Source of the DNA: Prorocentrum cordatum
Lineage: Eukaryota
DNA length: 56,322 nucleotides
NCBI GenBank assembly: GCA_963575745.1
Contig: CAUYUJ010000096.1
Coordinates: forward strand, 62,001 to 118,322
Reading direction: 5' to 3'
The position numbers were made by a program, and so were the translations under genes. Each line of letters begins with the position of its first letter. Position 1 is the stretch's first letter. This document shows, one piece after another, positions 33,086-46,582 of this stretch. Below the pieces are notes generated by a model, which had not been told where the DNA came from, ran no database searches, and saw nothing but the letters and a program-made list of their open reading frames with translations.

Positions 33086-33159
33086 CTGGCGGGGGGAAGG
33101 CAGGGTAGAGAAGGGGGCTTCATCGACTCCAGGGGGAGGGAAGGAGAGAAAGGGCTATT

Positions 33160-33540
33160 CTGATGATGATGATGATGATGATGATGATGCTGATGGTGAT
33201 GGTGATGGTGGTGGTGATGATGATGCTGTTATTGGTGGTGGTGATGATGATGTTGATGATGATGATGATGACGACAGCATTGATGATGCAGATGCTGCTG
33301 CTGATGATGCTGCTGATATTGTTGTTGTTGTTGATGATGATGATGATGCATATAATGATACTGATGCTGCTGATGCTGAGGATGCTGATGCCGAAGATGA
33401 TGCTGATGCTGCTGCTAACGATGATGCTGGTGATGAGGATGAGGATGAGGATGGGGATGCTGATTATGTTGTTGTTGATGATGGAGAGGGATGAGGATGA
33501 GGAGGAGAGGGATGAGGAGGAAGAGGAGGAGTAGGAGGAG
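33160..33540. repeat. Degenerate (GAT)n/(GAG)n microsatellite
   Basis: Direct reading. Confidence 0.93.
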
Positions 33541-34009
33541 CAGGCGCCCCCAGTGCGTTTCTTCAGGACACGGCACATACACAAAGCAGGAACGCGCAGC
33601 TGTGAAGCCTGCTTCTCCCCCAGACGAGTTCGAGGAATTTACTTAGAAAGGTCCATAACCTTGTCTGTCGCGGATGCTTTTTGGACGCTTTTGGCATGTG
33701 CTGGGTCTCCTGAGGCTTCTGGGGGCCTCCCGGGGTCTGGACCCAGGGCGGCACTCGAACTCACGGGCGGGTGCTGGGGGAGGTGCTGTCCACAGGGGGG
33801 CGGCGAGGGGGTAGGCAAGCAAGGCGAAGGAGCGGGACATGGAGGACTCGCACATTCGGTGGTTCAAAGATGGGAAGCGCCAGCGCCTTCGTGCCGCAAA
33901 GCGCTCGTGCCATCAGTCTGGCTCGCTCGACGACCGAATCGATCCAGCACCAATCCGACGCGCTCCCCCCCTGGACAGGGGAGGAAGATATGGGAGAGGA
34001 ATTCTCCAC

Positions 34010-34350
34010 CGCTGCCCCTCCTGGTCTTCCTTCCTCCCCTCCTCCCCACTCCGCCTCATCCTTCTGCAACCCCTTCCTCCCTCCTCCTTTTGCGAACCCC
34101 CTCTCCCTCCTCCTTCCCTTCTTCCCACCCTTCTCCCCCCTCCTCCTCCCCCCACCTCCTCCTTCTCCTCCTCTTCCTCCTCCTGCTCCTTCTCCTCTTT
34201 CTCCTCCTCCCTTCGCCTCCTCCTCCTCCTCTTCCGCCTCCCCCGCCTCCCTCTTCATCCTTTCTCCTCCTGCTCCATCCTCCTCCTCACGCGTCTCTCG
34301 TCCCTCCTTCTTCCCTGCTGCTTCCCGCTCCTCCTGCTCGCCACCACCCT
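34010..34350. repeat. Degenerate (CCT)n microsatellite
   Basis: Direct reading. Confidence 0.88.
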
Positions 34351-34595
34351 CCCCGCACCGCGCACGTGTGCTGCACGTCTGCCTTCCGGTGCTCTCCCCT
34401 CGGAGGCGGGCCAATCGAGACAACGGCGGCTCTCCCGCCTGGCCCAGATCCGCTCGAGAGCGGCCCCTGGGCCCCTCCCAGGGTCCAGTCTGGCCCGTTG
34501 TCCGAGGTGGACCCGGCCGTGGCGACGAGAAGCCTCCAGGAGGCTCAACGGAGGGCGGGGAACGCCAGGGAGGGCCTCCGTGGTGTCGGCTGGCC

Positions 34596-34699
34596 CTCCT
34601 CCGGCAGGGCTGCCCGTCGGTCTTCGGTCCACGGCTCGGGCTTCAGGCGGCCGTTCGGGACGATCCGCCCCTCGACGAGGCGCAGCTGGAGGAGCAAAC
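34596..34699 (-). other. Candidate host micro-exon (LLLQLRLVEGRIVPNGRLKPEPWTEDRRAALPE)
   Basis: ccccAG acceptor at 34701-34700, GC3-rich frame; donor position uncertain. Confidence 0.35.
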
Positions 34700-35136
34700 C
34701 TGGGGTCCGAAAGCCTCCAGGAACCGACGAGAACTCACGGAAAACCCGCTATGAGGGGCAGAGAATCATCGACCTGGAATCGGCGACACATCTCGGATAG
34801 GTCCCCGATAGCGAGCTTGCACGTTCACGGGCGGGGTTGGCTACGGGGCCCCGATCGATCAACGGGCGATCGGGGGTCGATGCATCTCCCCCCGAGCCAT
34901 CCCGCCCTAACATTGTCCCAATCCTCCCCCCTCTCTGGGACGCCTGGTGATTTCGGGTTATAGCTCGGGCCTCAGGCGGCCGTCTGGGCACCCCCAGAAA
35001 GCTCTCGGCGAGGCACAGCTGCTGGAACGCACTCCGAGGCTGGAAGCCCGCCGAGAGCCTGCGATACCGCCCGCAGAGCTCAAACCTCGAACCCCCTGAG
35101 CCCGTCCCCCCCCCAACATTGCACCTGACAATCCCC

Positions 35137-35176
<40 letters not shown>

Positions 35177-35617
35177 ACGTCATGGTCTTTGTCGTCGTCT
35201 TCGTCGTCGTCGTCTTCGTCGTCGCCGTCGTCGCCGTCGTCCCCCCCTTCCCCTTCCTTTTTCGCCTGCTCCCGACCCCAGCCCTGGGGCCTCCCAACCG
35301 CTCGGGGTGCAGAGCTCCAGGCTGAGCGTGCTCGGCCAGGGGCCGCCCGGCGCTGGCGCGGGCGCGGTGGCGGCGCCGCGGTGGATGACCTCCGGGGCGC
35401 GCCGGGTGGCCCTCGCCGCGGGCCGCGGGAGCGCGGCCGCCGCACTTTGGCAGCCCCCGGCGGTGGGGAGGAGGAGGAGGAGGAGGAGGAGGAGGAGGAG
35501 GAGGAGGAGGAGGAGGATGAAGCCGCGATCGCTCGATCCCGCCCCCTTTTTCCCCGCAGGGGGGCCCGAGGCGGCAGCCAGCGCGGCCATCGCAGGCCCC
35601 TTAGGCCCGCGATAACA

Positions 35618-38600
35618 ATGCCAACTGTCATCGCGACCGACGCCAGCTGCGACAACTACCGCATTTACTGTTATGACATCAAAGGACCAGAGGTACCGGA
35701 GCCCCGCCTGGCACAGGAGGCTACGCCGACATCGTGCTGACGGCCGAGTACGACTTTGGCTCCGCAATGCACGACAGCTACTTCAGGCGCATCACAACTC
35801 GCAACAGTCACCGCGACATCCACATCAAGCTCCAACCATGGCGACATCATGGAGAGCAACCACGAGCGGATCGGGATCGGCACAAACACCGTGGAGATCA
35901 GCATCGGGCCGCCCACGATCCAGAGCTAGAGCTACAACACCGAGACCCACTACATCAACCATCGGTGCAAAACTCGCACGTTGAAAGAACCACAACTGGA
36001 TTGACCAATTGGCCGACAATCACCCGGACAAGTCCTGGAACCAGAATCTCAACGGGAAAGGTATCTACCAGAACGGCAAGGGGAGGAACGACCACCAGGA
36101 ACCCGTCAGAAACAACCAGAAGGGCAAGGGCAAGAACAACAAGGGAAAAATGCAATACCCAACCCGAAAAGGAAAAGGCGCCCAAGAAGAAGGACGACGG
36201 CCAGAACTACAACAACAACAGCTATAACGAGCACATCACCAACACGATCAACAACGCCATGCCCATGCGGACAATCTATGCCGTCAGGAGGCACGACTGG
36301 GAGCTACCCACCAACGAACACAAACTAAGGGAATAATGGAAGAAGATCAAACACGCTGAGGAGCGAAGAGCGGCAGCTGCCGTCGTCAAGAACAGCGCAG
36401 CAGGTTTACCTACCACCGACGCCGTCACACAGATCGCCTTCATCAAAGCGATGGTGCTCAACAGCATGCCCCTGGCCCAGCAGGCGAAGACGATCGACGA
36501 CACCAAGAGGACCATGAAGGACTACTACGAGCACTCAAAGAACCACCAGCAACAGATAACGATCTACATTAACGAGATTGAGAACAACATCGAGGAGCTC
36601 ACCACCCTCCAGCGCGACATTAGCAACGCCAGATATGGTCGACACAGTGACACAGAAACTGCAGATGACGAAGCAGATCAACCACAAAGGAGCATGCTAC
36701 CAAGAAGATCGGTTACACCATCACCAGCCCCAAGGAGGCAAGCAGGGGCAGGTGAAGCCACAGACGGGCGGGACCTCGGCACCACGCTCGGGACTTTGAA
36801 GGAGGACAGCCAGCGTATGGCCAACGGCATCGAGAAAAAAACAACGCTGCAGCCAACGACGAGACCAACACTCTCAGAAGACACCTCCGAGCGACGAACT
36901 AAGCTGCACGCCGACATGAGAAGAACTGGCATCACGAGGCGACAAGGGCCGAGACTACCACAGCGAGCTTACTAAGGGGATGCAAGGCTCAAATCAGACC
37001 ACATCAACATCAACGATGGCATCGTACCACGAGCACATGCAGACGATCAATGCGGAGAAGCCTAACAGGGCGGAGGAGGATATCGACGCCATGAGGAGAT
37101 CGCCAGCAGAAATGGGACACCAGCCGCTGACAACAAGCGGCAGCCAACTACAGAGAGAGCTCCAAGACATGAAGGAGACACTTGCCGACACTAAACACAT
37201 TCGGGACACCATGGGGCGGAATCTTCGAGACCCAAGAAGATTAACAGGATGACTGCAGAAATGCCACAACATGACCCTAGAAGCCGAGGACCACATCGCC
37301 AGCATCGGGCCAAAGCGGCAGAAGACAGGACCAAGGACCACAACGACACCACGATCCTGTATCAGAGGTGGGGCGATGCAGAGGAAAGGCACATCCAAGC
37401 GAAGCAGGAGTTACTGGTGCAACACTGGCGCATGGAGGCTGCTATCCACATTACCACCGAGGAGTGCCAGTATAGCCTTGCCAGCATCGAGCAGAACATG
37501 CGTAACAGGGACCTTGAAAACACCAGACAACAAGAAGAGTACCTGCAAAAGGTCATCACCGACATGCACAACTACAAACAGCAAGTGAACTACCATGCTC
37601 TACAAGCCGAAGGACAGGTTCAGCTCGCACTGCAGCGAGCTGAGATGGGCACACCAGAACAGCACGAAGCCTTCCAACGCGAAACACAAGCATACCGCCA
37701 CAGGGAGACGCAGTGGAGACTTATCAAGGAAGCGCACGAGAGGAGGACGGAGGACGCTACATAGGAGTTACAGTACGCCAGACAGGCGGCTCTCTTTGCC
37801 TAGCAGCGCCTCCACAACGTCGAGATGGTCGACGCCATCAACCAGGCTCTCAGCATGCCGATCAGTATGTACGACGAGGACGTCACAGCCGCCACGACTA
37901 CAGTGTTCCCAACCGTCCAGCCACTTGAGCATCCACTTGAGGATGGAGAAACATAGGATACCCAGACACAGTCCGACGAAATGCCGCGAGAAGATGAAGT
38001 ACATGCAGTATTTGTATCACAACCAGGCGAACATCATCAGGGGCAGTGCCACACGTCCACTCCGCCAAGGACGCAGAGGAGCACGACTTCGCCACCAGGA
38101 GAATCCCAGCAGACCAACGAGATGGAATGGCCAACGCCGCCAGCTTGGACATCGGGATCCATGCCGCCAGGACAACCACGTCCGCCCTCCATCCACGCTC
38201 CAGAGATCACCATCATCGACACGCCATCACCTGTGAGGAAAAGGGAGGACGGCATCACCCCAACGGAGCAGATGACGCCACCAGCTGTAAGCCCCTACAG
38301 AACCCTCATTGGCACACCTGGGAGAAGATCATCGGCGCCACCATCTCGGAAGCACTCAGCGCCGACAACGCGGAGCGCAAGCGCACGAACAGTGACGAGG
38401 GCCACTATCGACCCCAACGAGCCCCACATTATTGTCACTGCGACCCCTGCGGCCAAGCCCCTCCCCGACAAAACTACGACGGACAAAGAAGCCGAAGTTG
38501 CCGGAGAATCAACGGACTCATACTGACGGCCACATAGCGGCGTTGGACCGCATAAAAGCGACGCCGCACATGGCGAATCTGGCGCACCATCACATGCCAA

Positions 38601-40900
38601 CCTACCCAGACCGGCAAGACCCACCGCAACGGGACGACAGTGCCCTCAACCAACATGCGGACGAGGAAATTAAGACGGGCAGACCAACAGGCCCTAACCA
38701 CCGACGGGGACCAGCCGTGGCGCCATTCCGACGGCATGCAAAGCCAACGGCACCCCACATTCAGGGCATCGGAGCGACGGACGACGTACTTAATGCACGA
38801 CGGCCAACGCCACTGCCATTTTTAACAGTGCCACAGTGCACCACAGTACCAGTACAGCCCAGGGAAAAGAAACAACTGGGACTTAGCGACCGAGTGTTGA
38901 GACAGGATGTGGGAGACCGATATCAACATCGGCTACCCCATGACCTTTACCCTGCAGATGTGAAAGAAGGCGCCTGCAGCGGCAGAGGCAACACATCGCA
39001 TGGCTACGCTGAAGGACCTGCCACCCAAGAGGTCAACAACAATATCCACGAACGACAGACGTCAGCCGACGAGCAACCCTGCTCCGTGCGAGAGGGCCAG
39101 CCATCGGGAGACCATATATTCCGATAAGCCCAGCGAATAAAAGCGGTGAAGGCCAACTTCGCAGTGACCGAGCCTACCGCCGACGTCCTCAGGCGCACCT
39201 CCACGCCCCACTTCGCCACCGACTTTCCCGACTTACATGAAGCAGAGTGGTTCAACCCAGCAGCCATCATGGCACTGGAACGTGCCCCACCCAGAACCCA
39301 CGGAGTGATCAAGCGGATCCACCTGTACTCCGACGGCACTCACTAGTAACTATTATCGAAGATGACGATGGATTTGAATAGCTGAGCACCATGCCAGCCA
39401 AAGTCACAGACTCTGGGCGAACACCATAGGATCGACACGTATTGCCCAACCACGTACAGGTACGAGACCAGGCGACCCAATGTCCGACATTTCCTTCAAC
39501 GTCGCCTTCGTGAGGATTACCAAGGCCATTTCCACTAACATGAGCGACCAGGGTATCCAGTACGACATCAACTACGACAACAACGAACGATCTACCTCTG
39601 CACATGAGCGCCAACCAAATGGAAATCATGACTCCGGATCGTCGCTCACGGACGCCTCCTCCGTGGACGACCTCGCAACATACGCCACCACAATCCCGCA
39701 GAACGCTACACAAACGGGGACCACCTTGCTCTGGATAGTGGAATCAAGGGTACGAGGACATATAATACGACTCAACATAAAACAATCACACAGATCACGT
39801 TGCTACTCTTCGGAGGTGGGTCAAGGACGATGAAGGAACACATGGCCAACGAGGGAGCGACATGCATACCGAGCACCTACAGCGACCAGACCGTCGAGCT
39901 CTTTGACTCCCAGACGGCACTTGGCGCAATTATTACTGCAACGGCGACCATGGGACTGGAAATCAAGAAAAGGATCAACACATTCATGATCAGCAGAGGC
40001 CCGCTACGGAAGCAGGTACTCAGAAGATATATCATACGAAACGATAAACAAGTCCTCTACAATGACTTCTTTGTGATATCTAGATTGAATAACAACGACC
40101 ACGTATGGAGCAACCTCGCGGAGACAGAAGACAAGAACCACGCAGTGGAGTACATGAATGGATGCCGGCAAGCAACAGGTCACCACGCGACTCACATCAG
40201 CACCCCACAAGCATCCAACCTCAAGGTATTGGCGACCGCCAATCGATTGCCTCCGACAATGGTAAGACGCGCACGCAGACTACATTACTTATCGCTGACT
40301 CCTACTACGTGTGCCCACAATACTACTAAGGCTCATCGACCAGGACCTCCACCACGAGGCAAGCTGGCCACCGATATCAACGATTATATACAGTGGATGT
40401 GCAGCTACCTGGACGACGCTGAGCACTAAACCCAGTCAACCGACATGTGCGAAGTACTTCAAGCAGCAAGAGCTGACCCGCCAAGATTCAAGGCCACCGT
40501 CAAGACAGCGGTCGCACGGTATCTACGGCGGCAAACAGACCAAGCACACCAAGAGCAGTGGTACTGCGCTCTCGAACCATACCAGAACACCGACGATATG
40601 CCAGCACTCCCGACCATGCCACCACTACCACCTCAGCCAAGGTACATGTGCTATCAGTGCGGAGCGACCTTCTACAAGAAGAACGCCTCCTACACACACC
40701 TGTGAAAGTACCCAAAACGGCACACACCCCACAAGATGAGCAAGGGGAGCGACACCCACCTACCAATACCACACCTACTCGCGTGGGCTCGACACCCCCG
40801 CGGCCTGCGGCGCTCCAGAGCGCGGTGCGCTCTGCGACGGCGCGGTGGATCAGGGATGTCCGCCAGGGACGTGCGCAGCAGCAGGAGATTGAAGAAGCGC
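35618..40900 (+). pseudogene. Heavily decayed, internally deleted non-LTR retrotransposon remnant
   Basis: A/C-rich strand with broken ORFs: coiled-coil fragments (36.3-37.8 kb), RNase H-like IHLYSDG (~39317-39337), VRGH and LFDSQTA, post-RT-like RARRLHYL / LLRLIDQD, CYQCGATF...H zinc finger (~40648-40700); no RT core seen. Confidence 0.5.
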
Positions 40901-42639
40901 CCGCAGCTGAATTCACGTGTGGATGATCCCGAGGCCCGCCCTGGATACACATGCGGAAAGCCAGCGTGACTGGCCAGAGAAGGGCCGTGCGCCGCGAAGA
41001 CATCCAGCCACGTGTGTACCCGGCCCTCGCAGGCCAGCCGCGTCGCGTATACCCAGCTTGCTGGTAGGGCAGCGGCGCAGGGGGGGGGGGGGCAAGGCGA
41101 CGACGGATCTATGGGACCCTAGCGCACCGAGGAGCACGGCAGCGAGGTTGGAGGGCCGACGAGGTGAAGCAGATGGCCTCCAGCTCGGAGCGCCGAGGGG
41201 AGCGCCGAAGTGCCGCCCAGGCCGGCTGGCTTCGCGCCTCGCGCGCGAGAGAGGCGCCGAGGCGCTGCTGCCCTGGTGCCGCTGCACCCGGCACGGGGCC
41301 GCCCAGAGGCGCCCATGAACGACCGATGCAAAAGGCAACGAGGAGGGACGCGGCCCACATTTAGCCGGTCCGATGGAGGGTTGAGGGGGGGGGCGGGGGA
41401 AGGAGTGGCGAGGAGGAGCGAGGAGAACTGATGAGCAGCGAGAAGGACGGGTTTTCTTCCCTGGGAGCAGGCAAACGCTCCCATGGATTAGTGATCCGTG
41501 AATCTGTCTGCGACGCGAGCGCGGGGGGGGGGCATAGTCAAAATTACTATTCGATCCACACGTCCACCCAGGGCAGAACGACACGACGAGGTCGTCAGAC
41601 TCTGGTTCCGCTGTAGTTGCACTGCGGTTGGTTGCCATTTGCGCAAGGTGGTTTAGAGCTTACGGGGGCATCTCCAATCCCTGCTGCGACCGCGGCCACG
41701 CACCGCCTACACGCGCCCGCAGGACCACGCCATCTCGCCGTGGCGGCTTTCGTGGGCGAGGCCACCGGCTCTGCGCGAGTCGACCGTTGCCCTTTCGGCC
41801 GTCGTCCCGGAAGACGGGGCCGTGAATCCATGGATTAGTGAAACGGACCCAGGGGGCCTTTTATCCATGGGTTGGTGCAACGCACCCAGGCCCCCCTCGA
41901 GCGCACCACAATCATTTCTGTTTGGTCCCCGGGGCCCCTGCGCTAACCCATGGTGTCCTTTGCCCGTTATTTGCGGCAACTTGCACATGCAGATTCGCAG
42001 CATGGAGGTGGTGAAGCGGACGACGGGGGCGCCCGAGCGACGCGCCGAACGCAATCGACACAACGGAGCCCCGGCGGCTCGCAGGCTAGCCAGCAGGCGA
42101 TGTGAGCAGGCTCCGAACGAGCGGAGACGTTGCCGAACAGCAGTCTGGGTCGAGGACCGACGTGAGCAAACGCCGCGGGAAAACGATGAGAAACCGACTC
42201 CCCTAAAAGCTCGACCATATTGGCAGCGCTGCTCCTCAAGCAAGCGATGTGGCTGGAACGGACGACATGTCGCGAGCACCTGGCCAATCGCCCAGATAAC
42301 CGAATACCTCGCTTGTGCGCAACAGGCGTGTATCGCCTATCGCACACTGGATGTGTACTTTGAAGGTGCCAGAAGCCTTAGACGTCAAAATTATGACATA
42401 TCCGCGACCGTGACTCGAGGCACGAAGTGGAGTGTCCTCATGTCCCCTGGAATCATTCTCTGTATTGAGTTCCGCAAGCTTCTCGAAGGGGGCCACAGCC
42501 CGGAGTTGCGGGCGCTCTCGGGGGCTCTCGCTCGCTCCCGGAGGGTGGTCCCCGCACGACTTCTCCGAGAGCCCAGGGCGCGCTGTTCGGGACGCGCATG
42601 TCCAACACGGCCTAAGAGGGTTCCGAAAACAGTCCTGGA

Positions 42640-43300
42640 GCTTTCTTGGGCGTCTCCTGGGGCGACTTGGAGGCCCTGGAGGGCGGCCCAGAACTCGTCA
42701 GAAACGAATGGTTTTTGTATGGTTGTGGCACTGCCGCCGTTTTGGTCTCCAGAGCGTCCAAGGCTGCCCGAGAGGCGCCCAAGATCGTTCAGAAACGGCC
42801 CAAGAGCTCCCAAGAGGGGGAACATGAACTGACATTTTGAGCTCTTCGCCCCAAGATGACGCCAAGATCCCCCCAGAGGCCCCAGAGGTGCCCCCAAGAG
42901 GACCAAATCAGGCCCCCAAGCAGCCCCCGAGACGCTTCCAAGACGGCCGACATGGCCCCAAGAGAGCCCAAGACGGCCCCAAGATGTCTCCAATCCGGCC
43001 CAAGACGCACACAAGGCGGCCTATGATGGCCTCAAGATGGCCCAAAAGGTCTCCATGAGGCCTCCAAGACGGCCCGCGAGGCCTCCAAGAGGCCATGCAG
43101 AAAAGCCCGAAGAGGCCCAAATCGTTGATTTTCCTTCGGTGTTTGAAGGGGTTGGCCATTTGCACCTCCACCCCAACATGGCCCTGGATGGTTCCAAGAT
43201 GCCCCCCAAAAGACCCCCCGAACCCCCAAACTGCTCCCAAGAAGTCTCCCAGCCGATCCGGAAGGCCTCCGAGAGAGCCTCCAGGAACGCCCTAAGAGAC
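42640..43300 (+). repeat. CCCCAAGACGG-family interspersed repeat
   Basis: Direct reading. Confidence 0.7.
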
Positions 43301-43435
43301 CTCTCCTCTTCTTTTTCCCTACCTAGGCCCTGCCTAGAAGGGTTCTTACTCGGTATGCTTAAAGAGCCGGGCGGGGCAACTCGCCCCAGGCGGTCCCCCC
43401 AGTATCCGCCCCGCGGTTCCCCCAGTTACGTCCCC

Positions 43436-43795
43436 TTAGCTTAGCGTTGCTTATCTCATCTTAGCTTAGCTTATTTCATCTTAGCTTAGCTTAGCTTCAT
43501 ATTAGCTCAGGTTTATCTTAGCTTAGCTTACCTTCAGCTTAGCTTCGCTGAACTTTAGCACAGCATAGCACAGCATAGCAGAGCGTAACATAGCGCAGCA
43601 CAGCATATCATAGCAACGCCCAGCATAGCATATCATAGCGCAACTTAGCATAGCATATCATAGCATAGCTTAGCACAGCGCAGCATGACATAGCATAGCA
43701 TAGCATAGCATAGCGCAACATAGCATAGCGCAACATAGCATAGCACAGCATAGCATCGCATAGCGCAGCATAGCATGGCATGGCATAGCATAGCA
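43436..43795. repeat. Adjacent pentamer satellites (CTTAG)n then (AGCAT)n
   Basis: Direct reading; switch at ~43556. Confidence 0.95.
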
Positions 43796-44329
43796 ACTCA
43801 TGCTGCTTTCCTAGGGGCTCCAACTTCTAGGTAGGGTCGCACTGGGGTACTTCTTCTTCTTCCTTCTCGCCCACGTGTTCCCCGACAGGTTTCTCCCATT
43901 GCTCGGGGAATACGTGGTCCGATAGCTTGAGCCCGAAGCTCGGCCACATAGGCGTATCCTGAAATGCAGGGGGCGGCGGCGATTCGCCGTAGGCGTCTTC
44001 GATACATATATATATATATATATATATAGATGTTACATATATATATATATATATAGATGGATCTCTCTTTCTATATATCGGAGGTGAGGGGGTGAGATCG
44101 AAGTGGAACGGAGAGCCCCCCTACCGGGAAATCGATTTCGGTTTCGTGTTCGTGCGTGCCGTGCGGGCGAGGCGAAGCTGCGTGGGCGGGCGAAAGAAAG
44201 TCTCCTGTGGCTGAGGCGCGGCCGGAGCAAAAGAACCTTGACCGGGCGGCCGGTGCCCCGCGGTGTCCCGCCGGTGTCCCGCTCGGGGGCGGGTGGCGCG
44301 CGGTGTCCCGCCAGTGTCCCGTCGGTGTC

Positions 44330-45083
44330 CCGATGAAAATGATGACGATGATGATGCTGTTGATGATGTTGACGATGATGCTGATCATGGTGATGGTGGT
44401 GATGATGATGGTATCCCGATGATGATAATGATGTTGACGAAGTTGATGATGATGGTGGTGATGGTGGTGATGATGATGGTGCCCCGATGATGATGATGTT
44501 GGTGATGGTGCTGCTGAAAAAGATGATGGTGCCCTGATGAAAATGATGATGATCATGAAAATGTTGATGGTGATCCGATGATTTGATGATGATGAGGATG
44601 ACGATGAAGGTGTCCCGCTGATGTTGATGATGACGTTGCTGATGATGCTGTTGATGATGATGGTGATGGTGATGATGAAGGTGTCCAGATGATGATGATA
44701 ATGATGATGATGATGGCGAGGATGGTGTCCAGATGATGATGATGAGGATGAGGATGAAGTGATGATGGTGATGATTTTGATGAGGGAGGCCCAGTGATGG
44801 TGAGGATGATGATGATGTTGATGATGATGGTGTCCCGATGATGTTGATGATGCTGGTGATGATGATGATGGTGACGATGACGATGGTGTTCCGATGATGA
44901 TGATGATGTTGATGATGCTGATGTTGCCCATAATTATGATGATGGTGTCCCGATGATGATGTTGATGATGTGGTTCATGGCCATGGTGATATAATGATGA
45001 TGGTGTTCCGATTATGATGATGATGATGGTGTCCCGATGGTGATGATGTTCATGATGATGGTGATGATGATGGTGTCCCGATG

Positions 45084-45115
<32 letters not shown>

Positions 45116-45225
45116 GTTGATAATGATGGTGATGAAGTGATGATGATGATGGTGCCCCGATGATGCTGATGATGATGATGATGTTGATGACGATGATGCT
45201 GATGATGTTGATGATGATGACATTG
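44330..45225. repeat. (GAT)n tract with recurrent GGTGTCCC punctuation
   Basis: Direct reading. Confidence 0.93.
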
Positions 45226-45428
45226 GTTGTGATATCAGTTGTGATTTCGATAGTGAAATCGATAGTTAGACCGAATGTGAGATCGATGGTGAACTCGACC
45301 GTGGGATCGATAGTGAGATCGATCGTCAGATCCATTGTGAGATCGGTCGAATGCAATAGATCGAGTGTGATCGATCGAGTGATATCGATCGAGCGAGGTG
45401 AGATCGATAGTGATACCGATCGAGTGAG
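45226..45428. repeat. ~12-bp GTGAGATCGATA-type minisatellite
   Basis: Direct reading. Confidence 0.8.
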
Positions 45429-45498
45429 ACGTTGGTTCCCCCCCGAACCTCCTTATCACCCGAAGGAAGGTCGTATAGGTATTTATATATATATACAT

Positions 45499-45526
45499 AC
45501 TAGAACCACGCGCGCGCTACGCGCGC
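45499..45526 (-). mobile_element. Helitron-like 3' terminus (GC hairpin + CTAG|T)
   Basis: Minus strand GCGCGCG-TAG-CGCGCGC, 6 nt, CTAG, then T of an AT tract. Confidence 0.4.
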
Positions 45527-45684
45527 TCTTAGGTTCTAGCTTCGTCCGGGGCAACGGCCAAACAACGGACGAGGAGGTTGAAGGCTGAATGCACTTCGGT
45601 TATTCGTCGAGTTTCGCGGTCGTGGTTCGAAAGAGCTTTTGGGCGCTCCTCGCCCCCAGGCGGCCCGAGGCGGCCGAAAACGAC

Positions 45685-46389
45685 ACCTCTTCCTCGTCCT
45701 CCTCTTTCCCCCTGCTCTTGCTCCTCTCCTCCAAAATTTTCCTCCTCCCCCCATCGTCCCCTCCTTTTCCCCCTTCCTCTTCCTCCGCCCCCTTCCTCCC
45801 CTCCTCCTCCTCTTGCTCCTCCGCATCCTCCTCTTCCTCCTCCTCCGCCCCTCTCCTTCTCCACCTACTTTCCCTCCTCCTCCTCCTCCTCCCCTCTCCT
45901 CCTCCTCCTCCTCATCATCAACCATCACAGCATCATCTTCATCCCCTCCTCCTCCTCCTCCTCCTCCTCCTCCTCCTCTTCCTCCTCCCCCTCCCTCCTC
46001 CTCCTCGCCTCCTCCTCGTCGTCCTCCTCCTCCTCCTCTCACTCCTCCTTCTCCTGCTCCTTCTCCTCCTCCTGTTCAGACTACATGGCTCGCCAAACGG
46101 CACTGCGACGCCGCGCAAGCATTGGGCCACATCGGATAAAGGGAACACTCGGGGGAGGCCTCCCTCTTGCTCTTCCTCCTCCTTTTCTCCTCTTCCGCCG
46201 CATCCTCCTCCCCTCCTCCTGCTCCTCCTCCTCCGCCTCCTTCTCCTCCTCCGCCCTGCTCCTCCTCCTCCTCGTCCTTCTCCTCCTCCTCCTCCTCCTC
46301 CTCCCCTCCGCTCCTCCTCCTCCTCCTCCTTTTCCTCCTCCTCTTCCTCCTTCGCCTCCTCCCCATCATCATCATCATCATCATCATCC

Positions 46390-46421
<32 letters not shown>

Positions 46422-46582
46422 GTTATCACCCCCCTTCCCTCCTCCTCCCCCCGCCCCCCTTCTCTCTCCCCCCCCTCCTCCCCCCCTCGTTCTCCTCTTC
46501 CTCCTTTCCTCTTCCTCCTCCTCCTCCTCCTCGTCCATCTCCTGTTCCTCCTTTCCTCTTCCTCCTCCTCCTCCACCTCCTC
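45685..46582. repeat. (CCT)n/(CAT)n microsatellites
   Basis: Direct reading. Confidence 0.9.

Noticed and set aside
41822..42832. 336-aa ORF
   Set aside because: Runs across unrelated repeat segments, R/P-rich, no recognisable domain
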